Shown here in pieces: positions 37,994 to 49,016 of a stretch of 64,000 bases of DNA. Made by a program: the position numbers and the translations under genes. The stretch spans positions 544,001 to 608,000 of the forward strand of contig OZ241326.1 of the NCBI GenBank assembly GCA_965199855.1. The letters are read 5' to 3'. The notes below the pieces were generated by a model. It made no database searches. It was not told the DNA's origin and was given only the letters and a program-made list of their open reading frames with translations. Source of the DNA: a bacterium (GTDB taxonomy: Bacteria; UBA8248). Within the stretch, counting starts at the first letter, position 1. Each line of letters opens with the position of its first letter.

Positions 37994-39319
37994 ATGAGGA
38001 ACGGAAAGCTGGCTGGGGCGGAAAAGGTTTCTCGCCGGGGGTTTCTGAAGAAGGCGGGAGCGGCGGGGCTCGGCGCGGCGGCGGCGAGCGCGCTGCCGTT
38101 TCCGAACGTGCTTCGGGCGGCGGAGCCCGTCAAAATCGGGGTTCTGCACTCTTTGAGCGGGACCATGGCGATCAGCGAGGTTTCGCTGCGCGACGTCGTC
38201 CTGATGGCCGTGGAGGAGATCAACGCCGCGGGCGGGGTGATGAAGCGTCCCGTCAAGCCCGTCGTCGTCGATCCGGCCTCGGACTGGGATTTGTTCGCCG
38301 AGAAGGCGAAGCAGCTCCTCCTCAGGGAAAAGGTGACCGCGACCTTCGGCTGCTGGACGTCGGTGAGCCGAAAGTCCGTCCTGCCCGTGTATGAGAAGAA
38401 CAACGGACTCCTCTTCTACCCGGTTCAATACGAGGGGGAGGAGTGCTCCCGAAACGTCTTCTACACGGGCGCGACGCCGAACCAGCAGCTGATACCGGCG
38501 GCGGAATACATGATGAGCGAGGACGGCGGCGGGTTCAGGAAGTTCTACCTGCTCGGCACGGACTACGTCTTCCCGCGCACGGCGAACAAGATACTCAGGG
38601 CCTTCCTGCTGGCGAAGGGCGTGCCGGCGGCGAACATCATGGAGGAATACACGCCGTTCCACCACCAGGACTACCAGACCATCGTGAGCAAGGTGAAGTC
38701 GTTCGCCTCGGGCGGCGACGCCGCCGTGCTGAGCACCATCAACGGCGACAGCAACGTTCCCTTCTACAAGGAGTTCGCGAACCAGGGGCTGCGCTCGGAG
38801 GACGTGCCCATCATGGCGTTCAGCGTGGCGGAGGACGAGCTTCGCGGCATGGACGCCAAGTCGCTCGTCGGGCATCTGGCCGCCTGGAACTACTATCAGT
38901 CGATCAGCACGCCGCAGAACAGGAAATTCGTCAAGAACTTCAAGATGTATTGCAAGAGAAGGGGCCTGCCGGGCGGGGCGAGCCGGGTGACGGACGATCC
39001 CATCGAGGCGGCCTATCTCGGCGTCCACATCTGGAAGAAGGCGGTGGAGAAGGCGGGCGCGACGGCCGTGGACGCCGTCCGCAAGGCGGCCTACGGCATG
39101 GGCTTCGAGGCGCCGGGAGGGTTCAAGAAGATCGACGAGAAGAACCACCACCTGCACAAGCCGGTGCTGATCGGGGAAATCCTCAAGAACGGACAGTTCC
39201 GCATCGTCTCGCGGACGAAGGGGCTCGTGGCGCCCGAGCCCTGGAGCAAATACACGAGCCCGGACAAGAGCTGCGACTGGGTGAATCACCAGGGAACCTA
39301 CACGAAGACGCAAGCCTAG
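37994..39319 (+). CDS. urtA: Urea ABC transporter substrate-binding protein (Tat signal)
   Basis: SRRGFLK, GVLHSLSGTMAISE, FGCWTSVSRK, YPVQYEG, GTDYVFPR. Confidence 0.95.
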   Translation: MRNGKLAGAEKVSRRGFLKKAGAAGLGAAAASALPFPNVLRAAEPVKIGVLHSLSGTMAISEVSLRDVVLMAVEEINAAGGVMKRPVKPVVVDPASDWDLFAEKAKQLLLREKVTATFGCWTSVSRKSVLPVYEKNNGLLFYPVQYEGEECSRNVFYTGATPNQQLIPAAEYMMSEDGGGFRKFYLLGTDYVFPRTANKILRAFLLAKGVPAANIMEEYTPFHHQDYQTIVSKVKSFASGGDAAVLSTINGDSNVPFYKEFANQGLRSEDVPIMAFSVAEDELRGMDAKSLVGHLAAWNYYQSISTPQNRKFVKNFKMYCKRRGLPGGASRVTDDPIEAAYLGVHIWKKAVEKAGATAVDAVRKAAYGMGFEAPGGFKKIDEKNHHLHKPVLIGEILKNGQFRIVSRTKGLVAPEPWSKYTSPDKSCDWVNHQGTYTKTQA

Positions 39320-39328
39320 CCGCAAGAA

Positions 39329-39378
39329 CCGCCCATGGAGGAGCGCCCGGGACTGGTCGGGCGCTCCTCCATGGGCGG
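39329..39378 (+). terminator. Perfect 21-bp stem-loop between urtA and urtB
   Basis: CCGCCCATGGAGGAGCGCCCG-8 nt-CGGGCGCTCCTCCATGGGCGG. Confidence 0.7.
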
Positions 39379-39435
39379 CCCAAAAACAGAATCCGTGAAC
39401 TGCGAATCCCGGCGGCGCGGGGCGAAGGAGGGAGC

Positions 39436-41166
39436 ATGAGGCGGGCCGGAATGGCGGCGATTCCGCGCGGAGCGGCGCTCGGGTGCCTCGCCCCCTGCGT
39501 CCTCGCTTCGGTTCTCGCGTCCGGCTTCGGCCTCGCGTGGGAGCGGGAGGCGCGGGCCGGGACGTTTTCACCGGAAATCCGGGCGGAAATCGCGCAGCTG
39601 GAATCGAGAGACGGAAAGACGAGAAGACGCGCGGCCCTCGCTCTCGCGAAGCGCCTGGATCCGAAGCTGCTGCCTCTTCTTCTGGCGCTTCGGGAGGGCG
39701 GTCTTTATCGATGGAGGCCCGCGTCGGGGCGGGCGCGAATCGTCATCGGCGGAGACGCCCTGACGCGCGGCGGCGAGGAGCGCGTCCCCCTTTTCTCCAT
39801 CCAGGGGAAAAAGCCTCTCGCCTCCCCGGACGGGAAGCCCCTCCTCGCTCCCGCCGGGCAGCTCGCCGAGATTCGCGCCGGCCGGAGAATCCGCCGCGCG
39901 ATCAGACCCTATATCAGCCGGCTCCAGAGCGCCGCGCAGCTGCGTTCCGCCGATCCGAACGCGCGGCGCGCCGCGGCCACGCGCCTGGCGAGGGTGGGGG
40001 ATCAAACCCTCATTCCGCTGCTGGACGGGGCTTTGAAGGATGAGGCGCACTGGCTGGGCCGCCACGCGCTCGTGGAGGCGAAGGCGCTGATCCGCCTCAA
40101 ATCGCCCGATCCCGGGCAAAGACGCGCGGCCGCCGCCGTTCTCGGCGAGATTCGCGGGCTGAACGCCCTCTCCGAGCTCAGGCGTCAGGCGAAGGAGGAC
40201 GCGGCGCGCTCCGCGCGCGAGGCGGCGCGCGAGGCCGTCGGGGAAATCGAGCGCTACCTGGGCTGGACGTCCGTCCTCGGCGTCCTGTTCCGGGGGCTGA
40301 GCCTGGGCTCCATCCTGCTGCTGATGGCGCTGGGGCTGGCCGTCGTCTTCGGGCTGATGGGCGTGATCAACATGGCGCACGGAGAGTTGATGATGCTGGG
40401 CGCATACGCCGCCTTTCTCGTCCAGGGCGCGTTCATCGCGCATTTTCCCGAAAATTATTTCGGCTGGTATTTCCTGGCGGCGCTTCCCGCCGCTTTTCTG
40501 GCTTCGGCGCTGATGGGCTGGCTGATGGAAGCCTCCATCATCCGCCACCTGTACGGCAGGCCGCTGGAGACCCTTTTGACCACCTGGGGGATCAGCCTGA
40601 TCCTGCGGCAGGCGGTTCGCCAGGCGTTCGGCGCGCAGAACGTGGACGTGAAGTCTCCCGGGTGGCTGAGCGGGGGCTATCACCTGATGGTCGGCGTCCA
40701 GTTTCCCTACAACCGGCTTTTCGTCATCGCGCTGGCCGCCTTGTGCGTTGCGGGCGCCTACGGGCTTCTCTTCCGCACCCGGGCGGGGCTGCGGATTCGC
40801 GCGGTGACCCAGAACCGGGGCATGAGCGCCTGCCTGGGCGTTCGCTCGAGGCGCGTGGACGCGGGCGCGTTCGCCTTCGGCGCCGGGCTGGCGGGGCTGG
40901 CGGGGGCGGCGCTGAGCCAGATCGGGAACGTGGGGCCCGACCTGGGGCAGAACTACATCGTGGATTCCTTCATGGTCGTGGTGACGGGAGGGGTCGGGAA
41001 AATCCTGGGTACCATCGTGGCGGGCCTGGGCATCGGCGGGATGAACAAGGCGCTCGAGCCGGCGATGGGCGCGGTGTTCGGCAAGGTGGTGATTCTCGCG
41101 CTGGTCATCCTCTTCCTGCAAAGAAGGCCGGAGGGCCTGTTCGCCATCCGGACGAGAGGGGCCTGA
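39436..41166 (+). CDS. urtB: Urea ABC permease with N-terminal HEAT-like repeats
   Basis: GLAVVFGLMGVINMAHGE, RPLETLLTTWG, RIRAVTQNR, YIVDSF. Confidence 0.92.
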   Translation: MRRAGMAAIPRGAALGCLAPCVLASVLASGFGLAWEREARAGTFSPEIRAEIAQLESRDGKTRRRAALALAKRLDPKLLPLLLALREGGLYRWRPASGRARIVIGGDALTRGGEERVPLFSIQGKKPLASPDGKPLLAPAGQLAEIRAGRRIRRAIRPYISRLQSAAQLRSADPNARRAAATRLARVGDQTLIPLLDGALKDEAHWLGRHALVEAKALIRLKSPDPGQRRAAAAVLGEIRGLNALSELRRQAKEDAARSAREAAREAVGEIERYLGWTSVLGVLFRGLSLGSILLLMALGLAVVFGLMGVINMAHGELMMLGAYAAFLVQGAFIAHFPENYFGWYFLAALPAAFLASALMGWLMEASIIRHLYGRPLETLLTTWGISLILRQAVRQAFGAQNVDVKSPGWLSGGYHLMVGVQFPYNRLFVIALAALCVAGAYGLLFRTRAGLRIRAVTQNRGMSACLGVRSRRVDAGAFAFGAGLAGLAGAALSQIGNVGPDLGQNYIVDSFMVVVTGGVGKILGTIVAGLGIGGMNKALEPAMGAVFGKVVILALVILFLQRRPEGLFAIRTRGA

Positions 41167-41170
41167 GCCG

Positions 41171-42337
41171 ATGCCGCATGAAGCCCCGGCGGATCGCGCG
41201 GAGAGGAGAATCGGCGGCGGCGCCCTCGCGGCGGCCGCGCTCTGGTTCGTCGTCGCCATGCCCTCCCTGAACGCCTTCGGGACGCCGGGCTCCTTCTTTC
41301 ACGTCTCCGACTTCACGCTCAACCTGTTCGGGAAATTCCTGGCCTACGCCATCCTCGCGCTGGGGCTCGACCTGATCTGGGGCTTCACGGGCATCCTGAG
41401 CCTGGGCCACGGCGTGTTCTTCGGCCTCGGCGCCTACTGCATGGGCATGTATCTGACGCTCGGCATCGGCGGCGAGGGGGTCTATCAGAGCAGGTTGCCC
41501 GACTTCATGGTCTGGAACCGGGTGAAGGAGCTGCCCCTGTTCTGGGAGCCGTTTCATTCGTTTCTCTTCACCTCCCTCGCGGCGGCGCTGGCGCCCGGCG
41601 CGCTGGCGGCCGCCTTCGGCTTCCTCGCCTTCAGAACGCGCGTGCGCGGCGTGTATTTCGCCATCATCACGCAGGCCCTCGCCCTCTGCGCCTGGCTCGT
41701 CCTCAACCGCAACGAGGTGAACCTCGGCGGAACGAACGGCCTCACCAACTTCAAGAAAATCCTGGGCTTCGCGCTCGCGGAGGCCTCCACCCAGCGGGGG
41801 CTTTACGTCGTCACCGCCCTCGCGCTTTGCGGGGCGTATCTGCTCTGCCGCTGGATAGCGGACTCCCGCGCGGGGAAGATTCTCCTGGCGATTCGGGACG
41901 CGGAGAGCCGCGTGCTCTACTCGGGCTACACGCCCGCGAACTACAAGGCGTTCGTCTTCACCGTCTCCGCGATGCTGGCGGGAGTCGCCGGCGCGCTGTA
42001 TGCGCCCCAGGTGGGCATCATCACCCCCGGACGAATCGGCGTGCTGCCCTCCATCGAGATGGTCATCTGGGTGGCGGTCGGCGGGCGGGGGTCGCTCATC
42101 GGCGCCGTCGTCGGCGCCGTCGGGGTGAACTGGGCGCGGAGCTGGCTGACGTCGAGCTATCCGGATTACTGGCTCTATTTCCTGGGCGGCGCGTTCATTC
42201 TCGTGGTCCGGTTCTTCCCGGACGGAATCGTCGGCGCGGCGCGCGGGGCGCTGCGAAAGCTGCGGAGGCGGGCGCGCGCGTCGGCGGGGCCGGAAAGCCT
42301 CTCGTCCCGGCGGGGCGAGGCCGGGGGCGAGGCGTGA
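41171..42337 (+). CDS. urtC: Urea ABC permease
   Basis: LDLIWGFTGILSLGHG, LPDFMVW, RVRGVYFAIITQA. Confidence 0.93.
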   Translation: MPHEAPADRAERRIGGGALAAAALWFVVAMPSLNAFGTPGSFFHVSDFTLNLFGKFLAYAILALGLDLIWGFTGILSLGHGVFFGLGAYCMGMYLTLGIGGEGVYQSRLPDFMVWNRVKELPLFWEPFHSFLFTSLAAALAPGALAAAFGFLAFRTRVRGVYFAIITQALALCAWLVLNRNEVNLGGTNGLTNFKKILGFALAEASTQRGLYVVTALALCGAYLLCRWIADSRAGKILLAIRDAESRVLYSGYTPANYKAFVFTVSAMLAGVAGALYAPQVGIITPGRIGVLPSIEMVIWVAVGGRGSLIGAVVGAVGVNWARSWLTSSYPDYWLYFLGGAFILVVRFFPDGIVGAARGALRKLRRRARASAGPESLSSRRGEAGGEA

Positions 42338-43101
42338 CGCTGACTTCGAGGAGCATTCTCTATCTGGAGGACGTGTTCGTCGTCTTCGACGGCTTCAAGG
42401 CGCTGAACGCGCTGAACTTCGGAATGGACAGGGGGGAGCTGCGCTGCGTCATCGGCCCGAACGGAGCGGGAAAGACCACGCTGCTCGACGTCGTCACCGG
42501 CAAGGTGAAGCCCGACTCCGGCCGGGTGATATTCAAGGAGAAGACCAACCTCGCCCGGATGCGGCAGGAGGAAATCTCGAACGCGGGGGTCGGCAGGAAG
42601 TTCCAGACCCCGACGATTTACGAGAACCTGACGGTGCGCGAGAACATCGAGCTGTCCGTGAAGCAGGAGAAGAAGGTGCTGCCGCTCCTGTTCGCCAAAT
42701 CCCCGCCCGAGGCGCGGGAGAAGGTCGAGGAGACGCTCGACGTCATCGGCCTCGCGTCCAGGGCGGACCGGCGGGCCGGCCTGCTGGCCCACGGCGAGAA
42801 GCAGTGGCTGGAAATCGGCATGGTGGTGGCGCAGGACCCCGACTTGCTGCTCGTGGACGAGCCCGTCGCCGGAATGACCGACAGGGAGACGGAGAAGACG
42901 GCGGATCTTCTGCGGAAGGTCGCCGAGCGCCGCTCGGTTCTCGTCATCGAGCACGACATGAAATTCGTGCGCGACATCGCCGAGCGGGTCACCGTGCTTC
43001 ACGAGGGTGCCGTCATCTGCGAGGGCTCCATCGATCACGTGCGCGGGGATCCGCGCGTCGTCGAGCTCTATCTCGGCAGGGGAGGCGGGGAGCGTGCTTA
43101 G
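42334..43101 (+). CDS. urtD: Urea ABC ATP-binding protein
   Basis: FDGFKAL, GPNGAGKTT, GRKFQTP, HGEKQWLEIGM. Confidence 0.93.
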   Translation: MTLTSRSILYLEDVFVVFDGFKALNALNFGMDRGELRCVIGPNGAGKTTLLDVVTGKVKPDSGRVIFKEKTNLARMRQEEISNAGVGRKFQTPTIYENLTVRENIELSVKQEKKVLPLLFAKSPPEAREKVEETLDVIGLASRADRRAGLLAHGEKQWLEIGMVVAQDPDLLLVDEPVAGMTDRETEKTADLLRKVAERRSVLVIEHDMKFVRDIAERVTVLHEGAVICEGSIDHVRGDPRVVELYLGRGGGERA

Positions 43102-43789
43102 GGTGGAGAACCTGCGCGCCCGCTACGGGAAGAGCCGCGTCCTGCGGGGGCTGGACATCGAGGTGGGCGCGGGCGAGATCGCGGGCGTCCTCGGCAGAAA
43201 CGGCATGGGCAAGACCACGCTGCTGAAGGCCGTCGCCGGCCTGCTCCGGCCCGAGTCGGGAAAAATCGAATTTCAGGGGCGGGACATCACCTCGGCGAGA
43301 CCGGAGGCGCGCGCCAGGCTCGGGGTGGCCTACGTTCCCCAGGGCCGCGAGATTTTTCCGCAGCTGAGCGTGCGCGAGAATCTTCTGCTGGGGCTCGAGG
43401 CGCATCCGGCGCGCCCCAGGAGCTACGACGAGGGCGTCTTCGAGCTTTTTCCCGCCTTGCGGGAGATGCTCGGTCGAAAGGGCGGGGCGCTGAGCGGAGG
43501 CCAGCAGCAGCAGCTCGCCATCGCCCGCGCCCTGGTGAGCGAACCCAGGCTCCTGCTGCTCGACGAGCCGACCGAGGGCATACAGCCTTCCGTCATCCTG
43601 GACATCGAGAGCGTTCTGTGGAAGATCAAGGAGCGCGGCGAGGTGGGCGTCATTCTGGTGGAGCAGTATCTGGAGTTCGCTTGGCGGCTCTCGGACAAGT
43701 ATTGCGTGATGGAAAAAGGGGAGTTCACGGCCGCCGGAAAGGCGGAGGGCGAGTACGACGGCGCGCTCCTGGAGCGCCTGACCGCCTGA
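43094..43789 (+). CDS. urtE: Urea ABC ATP-binding protein
   Basis: [35 protein letters not shown]. Confidence 0.93.
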   Translation: MLRVENLRARYGKSRVLRGLDIEVGAGEIAGVLGRNGMGKTTLLKAVAGLLRPESGKIEFQGRDITSARPEARARLGVAYVPQGREIFPQLSVRENLLLGLEAHPARPRSYDEGVFELFPALREMLGRKGGALSGGQQQQLAIARALVSEPRLLLLDEPTEGIQPSVILDIESVLWKIKERGEVGVILVEQYLEFAWRLSDKYCVMEKGEFTAAGKAEGEYDGALLERLTA

Positions 43790-43832
43790 GCCGCCCGCGG
43801 AGGGCTTCGGTCTCCGGGAGGGGAGGAGCGTT

Positions 43833-44138
43833 GTGCGCCTGACACCGAGGGAGCGGGAGAAGCTCCTCGTTTTCCTGGCGGCGGAGCTGGCGCGGAAGCG
43901 CCGCGCGCGCGGACTCAGGCTCAATTACCCCGAAGCCGTCAGCATCATCACGGCCGAGGTGCTCGAAGGGGCGCGCGACGGGCGGTCCGTCGCCGAGCTC
44001 ATGCGGCTCGGCGCGGGGATTCTCAGGAGGGCGGACGTCATGGAAGGGGTGCCGGAGATGATTCGCGAGGTGCAGGTGGAGGGCACCTTCCCCGACGGCA
44101 CCAAGCTCGTGACGGTGCACGACCCGATACGCGACTGA
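43833..44138 (+). CDS. ureA: Urease gamma subunit
   Basis: [31 protein letters not shown]. Confidence 0.97.
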   Translation: MRLTPREREKLLVFLAAELARKRRARGLRLNYPEAVSIITAEVLEGARDGRSVAELMRLGAGILRRADVMEGVPEMIREVQVEGTFPDGTKLVTVHDPIRD

Positions 44139-44149
44139 GGGAGAGGCGC

Positions 44150-44521
44150 ATGATACCCGGCGAATATCTTCTGGCGGAGGGCGATATCGTCTTGAACGAG
44201 GGGCGCGAGACCGCCTCCCTCGTCGTGGCGAACCGGGGGGACAGACCCATCCAGGTCGGCTCGCACTTTCATTTTTTCGAGGCGAACCGCCTGCTCGACT
44301 TCGACAGGAGGGCGGCCTTCGGCATGAGGCTGGACATGCCCGCGGGAACGGCCGCGCGCTTCGAGCCGGGCGACGAGAAGGAGGTCGCGCTCGTCGCGTT
44401 CGCCGGCGCGCGCGCCGTCATGGGGCTGAACGGGCTGACGGAGGGCGCGCTCGATTCGGACGCCGCGCGGGAGGGCGCGCTCGAAAGAGCCCGCGCCGAA
44501 GGCTACGGAGGAGCGGGCTGA
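44150..44521 (+). CDS. ureB: Urease beta subunit
   Basis: [35 protein letters not shown]. Confidence 0.97.
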   Translation: MIPGEYLLAEGDIVLNEGRETASLVVANRGDRPIQVGSHFHFFEANRLLDFDRRAAFGMRLDMPAGTAARFEPGDEKEVALVAFAGARAVMGLNGLTEGALDSDAAREGALERARAEGYGGAG

Positions 44522-46233
44522 TGGCGTTCCGGATGGACAGGCGCGCCTACGCCGACATGTTCGGCCCCACGGTCGGGGACAGGGTGCGGCTCGCGGACAC
44601 GGAGCTCTTCATCGAGGTCGAGGAGGATCGCACCGTCTACGGCGATGAGGCGAAGTTCGGCGGCGGCAAGGTCATCCGCGACGGCATGGGGCAGTCGCCC
44701 ACCGAGACGCGCGGCGCGGACGCGCTCGATCTGCTCATCACCAACGCGCTGATTCTCGACTACTGGGGGGTGGTGAAGGCGGACGTCGGCGTCAAGGACG
44801 GGAAGATAGCCGGCGTCGGCAAGTCGGGGAATCCGCACCTCATGGAAGGGGTGGACATGATCATCGGCGCCGCCACGGAGGTGCTGGCGGGCGAGGGGAT
44901 GATACTCACCGCGGGCGGCGTCGACACCCACATCCACTTCATCTGCCCCCAGCAGATAGACGAGGCGCTCTCCTCGGGCGTCACCACCATGTTCGGCGGG
45001 GGAACCGGCCCCGCCACGGGAACGAACGCCACCACCTGCACCCCCGGCGCCTGGAACATCGCCAGAATGCTCCAGGCGGCGGAAGCCTACCCCATGAACG
45101 TCGGCTTTCTGGGAAAGGGCAACGCCTCGCGCCCGGAGCCTTTGGCGGAGCAGATTCGCGCGGGGGCGGCCGGGCTGAAGCTCCATGAAGACTGGGGCAC
45201 CACGCCCGCCGCCATCGACTGCTGCCTGTCCGTGGCGGACGAGATGGACGTGCAGGTGTGCATCCACACCGACACGCTCAACGAATCGGGCTTCGTCGAG
45301 ACCTCCATCGCCGCGCTCGGGGGCAGAACCATCCACACCTACCACACCGAGGGGGCGGGCGGCGGCCACGCGCCCGACATCATCCGCGTGTGCGGCGAAG
45401 CGAACGTGCTGCCCTCCTCGACGAACCCCACGCGCCCCTTCACGGTGAACACCGTGGACGAGCACCTCGACATGCTCATGGTGTGCCACCACCTGGACGG
45501 CGGGATTCCCGAGGACGTGGCCTTCGCCGAGTCGAGAATCCGGGCGGAGACCATCGCGGCCGAGGACGTTCTCCACGACATGGGCGCGTTCAGCATGATG
45601 GGCTCCGACTCCCAGGCCATGGGCCGCGTGGGCGAGGTGATCATCCGCACCTGGCAGACGGCGGACAAGATGAAGCGCCAGCGCGGCGCGCTGCCCGAGG
45701 AGCGCGGCGCGAACGACAACCATCGCGCGAGGCGCTACGTGGCGAAATACACCATCAACCCGGCGATCGCGCACGGAATTTCCGATTACGTGGGCTCGAT
45801 CGAGGCGGGGAAGATGGCGGACCTGGTTCTCTGGAAGCCGGCCTTCTTCGGCGTGAAGCCCGACGTGGTGGTGAAGGGCGGCCTCATCGCGCGCGCGGCG
45901 ATGGGCGACCCCAACGCCTCCATCCCCACCCCGCAGCCCGTTCTGGACCGGCCCATGTTCGGCGCGATGGGAGGGGCGGTCGGCCCGACGGCCTGCGCCT
46001 TCGTCTCGCGGGCGGCGGCCGACGCGCGGGTGGGAGACGCGCTGGGGCTCGCCAAAATCGTGGCGCCGGTCTCGAACTGCCGGGGGATCGGCAAGAAGGA
46101 CATGCGGCTCAACGACGCCCTGCCCGCGATCGACGTGGACCCCGAAACCTACGTGGTGCGGGCGGACGGCGCGGCGCTCGCCTGCGAGCCGGCGAGCGAG
46201 CTGCCCATGGCGCAGCGGTATTTTCTTTTCTAG
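44521..46233 (+). CDS. ureC: Urease alpha subunit
   Basis: [43 protein letters not shown]. Confidence 0.98.
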   Translation: MAFRMDRRAYADMFGPTVGDRVRLADTELFIEVEEDRTVYGDEAKFGGGKVIRDGMGQSPTETRGADALDLLITNALILDYWGVVKADVGVKDGKIAGVGKSGNPHLMEGVDMIIGAATEVLAGEGMILTAGGVDTHIHFICPQQIDEALSSGVTTMFGGGTGPATGTNATTCTPGAWNIARMLQAAEAYPMNVGFLGKGNASRPEPLAEQIRAGAAGLKLHEDWGTTPAAIDCCLSVADEMDVQVCIHTDTLNESGFVETSIAALGGRTIHTYHTEGAGGGHAPDIIRVCGEANVLPSSTNPTRPFTVNTVDEHLDMLMVCHHLDGGIPEDVAFAESRIRAETIAAEDVLHDMGAFSMMGSDSQAMGRVGEVIIRTWQTADKMKRQRGALPEERGANDNHRARRYVAKYTINPAIAHGISDYVGSIEAGKMADLVLWKPAFFGVKPDVVVKGGLIARAAMGDPNASIPTPQPVLDRPMFGAMGGAVGPTACAFVSRAAADARVGDALGLAKIVAPVSNCRGIGKKDMRLNDALPAIDVDPETYVVRADGAALACEPASELPMAQRYFLF

Positions 46234-46241
46234 GAAGCGGG

Positions 46242-46685
46242 ATGATCCTCGTCGAGGAGATCAGGGGCAGGCTCTCCGGGGATGAGCGGAGGCGGGTCGA
46301 GCGCGTGGCGCTGGGCTGGGAGGACAGGCTCAGGAGCCGCCAGCGGGCGCGCTCGGACGCGGGCACGGAGCTCGGCGTCGCCCTGCCGACGGGGAGGGCC
46401 CTGAGCGAGGGCGACGTTCTCTTCGAGGACGATGAGCGCGTCATCGCCGTCTCCGCGATTCCGGAGGACGTGCTGGCGCTCCACGCGGATTCCGCCCTCG
46501 AGCTGGGCCGCCTCTGCTATCAGGTCGGCAACCGCCACGCGCCGATCTGCGTGCGCGAGGATCGCGTTCTCACCCCGTATGACGGCGCGCTCGAGGCGCA
46601 CTTCGAGAAGCTCGGTGTGAGGTGCGAGAAGACGAGGGAGCCCTTCACCCACGACTTCGGCGCCTTTCACGGGCATCGCCACTAG
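46242..46685 (+). CDS. ureE: Urease accessory protein UreE
   Basis: R.RQR, GDVL, YQVGNRH, short His-containing tail. Confidence 0.88.
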   Translation: MILVEEIRGRLSGDERRRVERVALGWEDRLRSRQRARSDAGTELGVALPTGRALSEGDVLFEDDERVIAVSAIPEDVLALHADSALELGRLCYQVGNRHAPICVREDRVLTPYDGALEAHFEKLGVRCEKTREPFTHDFGAFHGHRH

Positions 46686-46688
46686 GAG

Positions 46689-47369
46689 ATGAGCGTCTAT
46701 CGGCTCCTGCAGATATCGGACTCCGCCTTTCCGCGCGGGGCCTTCGCCCACTCCTGGGGCCTGGAAGCCTACGCGCAGGAGGGGCGCGTCGCCTCGGCGG
46801 AGGCGCTGGAGGAGCTCATCGCGTCGGTTCTGCGGCACGGCGCGGCCGCGCTCGACGGCGTCTATCTGCGCGAGGCCTTCCTGGCGAGGGAGGAAGGCGA
46901 CCCGGATCGCCTGGCCGCCCTGGACGGCGCCTACGACGCCGCCATGCCCGTGAAGCCGCTGCGGGAGGCGAGCCGGAGCGTGGGCCGCCAGTTCCTGAGA
47001 ACGGCGCGGGGCTTCATCGACGATCCTTTTCTCGGCGATCTGGAGGCCCGGGCGCGCATGGAGCGGATTCGCGCGCATTATCCGCTCGCGTTCGGGTGCG
47101 TCGCCGGCTCTCTGGGCGTCGCCTGCGCGGAGGCGCTGGAATCGTTCTGCTACGGCGTCGTCTCCGGCCTGGTCTCCGCCGCGGTGCGCCTGGTTCCGAT
47201 CGGACAGACGGAAGGCCAGCGCGTCGTCTCGAACCTGGAGGGCGAGGCGCGGGGCGCGGCGGCGCGCGCCATGGAGCTTCCCCTCGAGGACGCGCATTCC
47301 CTGGGGCCGGGGCGCGAGATCAGGGCCATGGCGCACCGGAGGCTGCATACGCGCCTGTTCGTGTCCTGA
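46689..47369 (+). CDS. ureF: Urease accessory protein UreF
   Basis: [27 protein letters not shown]. Confidence 0.92.
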   Translation: MSVYRLLQISDSAFPRGAFAHSWGLEAYAQEGRVASAEALEELIASVLRHGAAALDGVYLREAFLAREEGDPDRLAALDGAYDAAMPVKPLREASRSVGRQFLRTARGFIDDPFLGDLEARARMERIRAHYPLAFGCVAGSLGVACAEALESFCYGVVSGLVSAAVRLVPIGQTEGQRVVSNLEGEARGAAARAMELPLEDAHSLGPGREIRAMAHRRLHTRLFVS

Positions 47370-47425
47370 GCGCGAACCTGGCCGGGAGGCTCGCGCGCCC
47401 GCTTCGCTTCCGAATGGAGAGAGGG

Positions 47426-48045
<620 letters not shown>

Positions 48046-48046
<1 letters not shown>

Positions 48047-48894
48047 TGCCGGGCGCGCCCGCGCCGTCCGGGGTGGGACGCCACGGCGCCGCCCTGGCGC
48101 GCTTCGTGCGCGCGGGAGGACGGACGCGGCTCGCGGATTCGTTCTTCAGGGTGCCCCTCCAGCTGATTCGCCCCCACTATCCCGAAGGCGGGGATCCTGC
48201 CCACGTGACGCTGCTCAACCCCACGGGCGGGCACGTGGGCGGAGATCGCCTGGAGCTCGAGATCGCCTTGGGCGAGGGCGCGCGCGTTTTGTGGACGACG
48301 CAGGGGGCGACGAAAATCTACCGGAGCCTGGGCGAGCCGGTGATATCGACGACGGAGATCGAGATGGGCCCGGGAAGCGGCCTCGAGCTTCTGCCCGATC
48401 CGATCATTCCCTACCGAGAATCCATCTACGCGCAGGAGACGAGAATCCGCATGGCCGGGGGCGCGAAGCTCCTCTACGGGGAATCGCTCTATCACGGGCG
48501 CGCCGCCTCGGGCGAGCGCTTCGATTATTCGTCCCTGGAGCTGAGGCTGGGCATCGACCGCGAGGGCGCGCCTCTCCTGCGCGAGGCGATGCGGGTGCAT
48601 CCGGCGGAGTCGGACCCCGAGCGGCTCGGCCTCTTCGAGCCCTACCCCTATCTGGGTTCCTTCTACGTCGTGGGCGGAGAGGACGAGGCGCGCCTCGTCG
48701 CCGAGCAGGCGGACGCGCTTCTGGCGCGCTGGGCGGGGCTGGCCGGCGGCTGCTCGCCGCTGTCGGGGCCGGGCGCGCTGGTTCGCTGGCTCGCGGAGTC
48801 GCCGGAAGTCTTGAGGAAAACGCACTTCGAGGTCTGGCGCATCGCCAGAAAAGCGCTTTTCGGCCGGGAGGCGAAGCCGCTCAGAAAATTCTAG
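48046..48894 (+). CDS. ureD: Urease accessory protein UreD
   Basis: NPTGG.VGGD, TTQGATKIYR, LPDPIIP, GERF, C-terminal LRKF. Confidence 0.9.
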
Positions 48895-49016
48895 GGACGC
48901 CCCCGCTTCGCTCCATCCGTTGCTTCACTCTTCCGAACGCGTCGAGGCTTTCCTCGCCCGGTCCCCGCCGCGCTTCGGCTTTCGCCGTCCGAGGGCGGGC
49001 CGAAGCGCGGACGCCC

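Noticed and set aside
38443-39435. N-terminal extensions of several track ORFs (907-aa urtB, 712-aa ORF at 16160, ureE/ureG/ureD extensions)
   Set aside because: Off-frame overlaps with upstream genes; RBS-supported internal starts were used instead.
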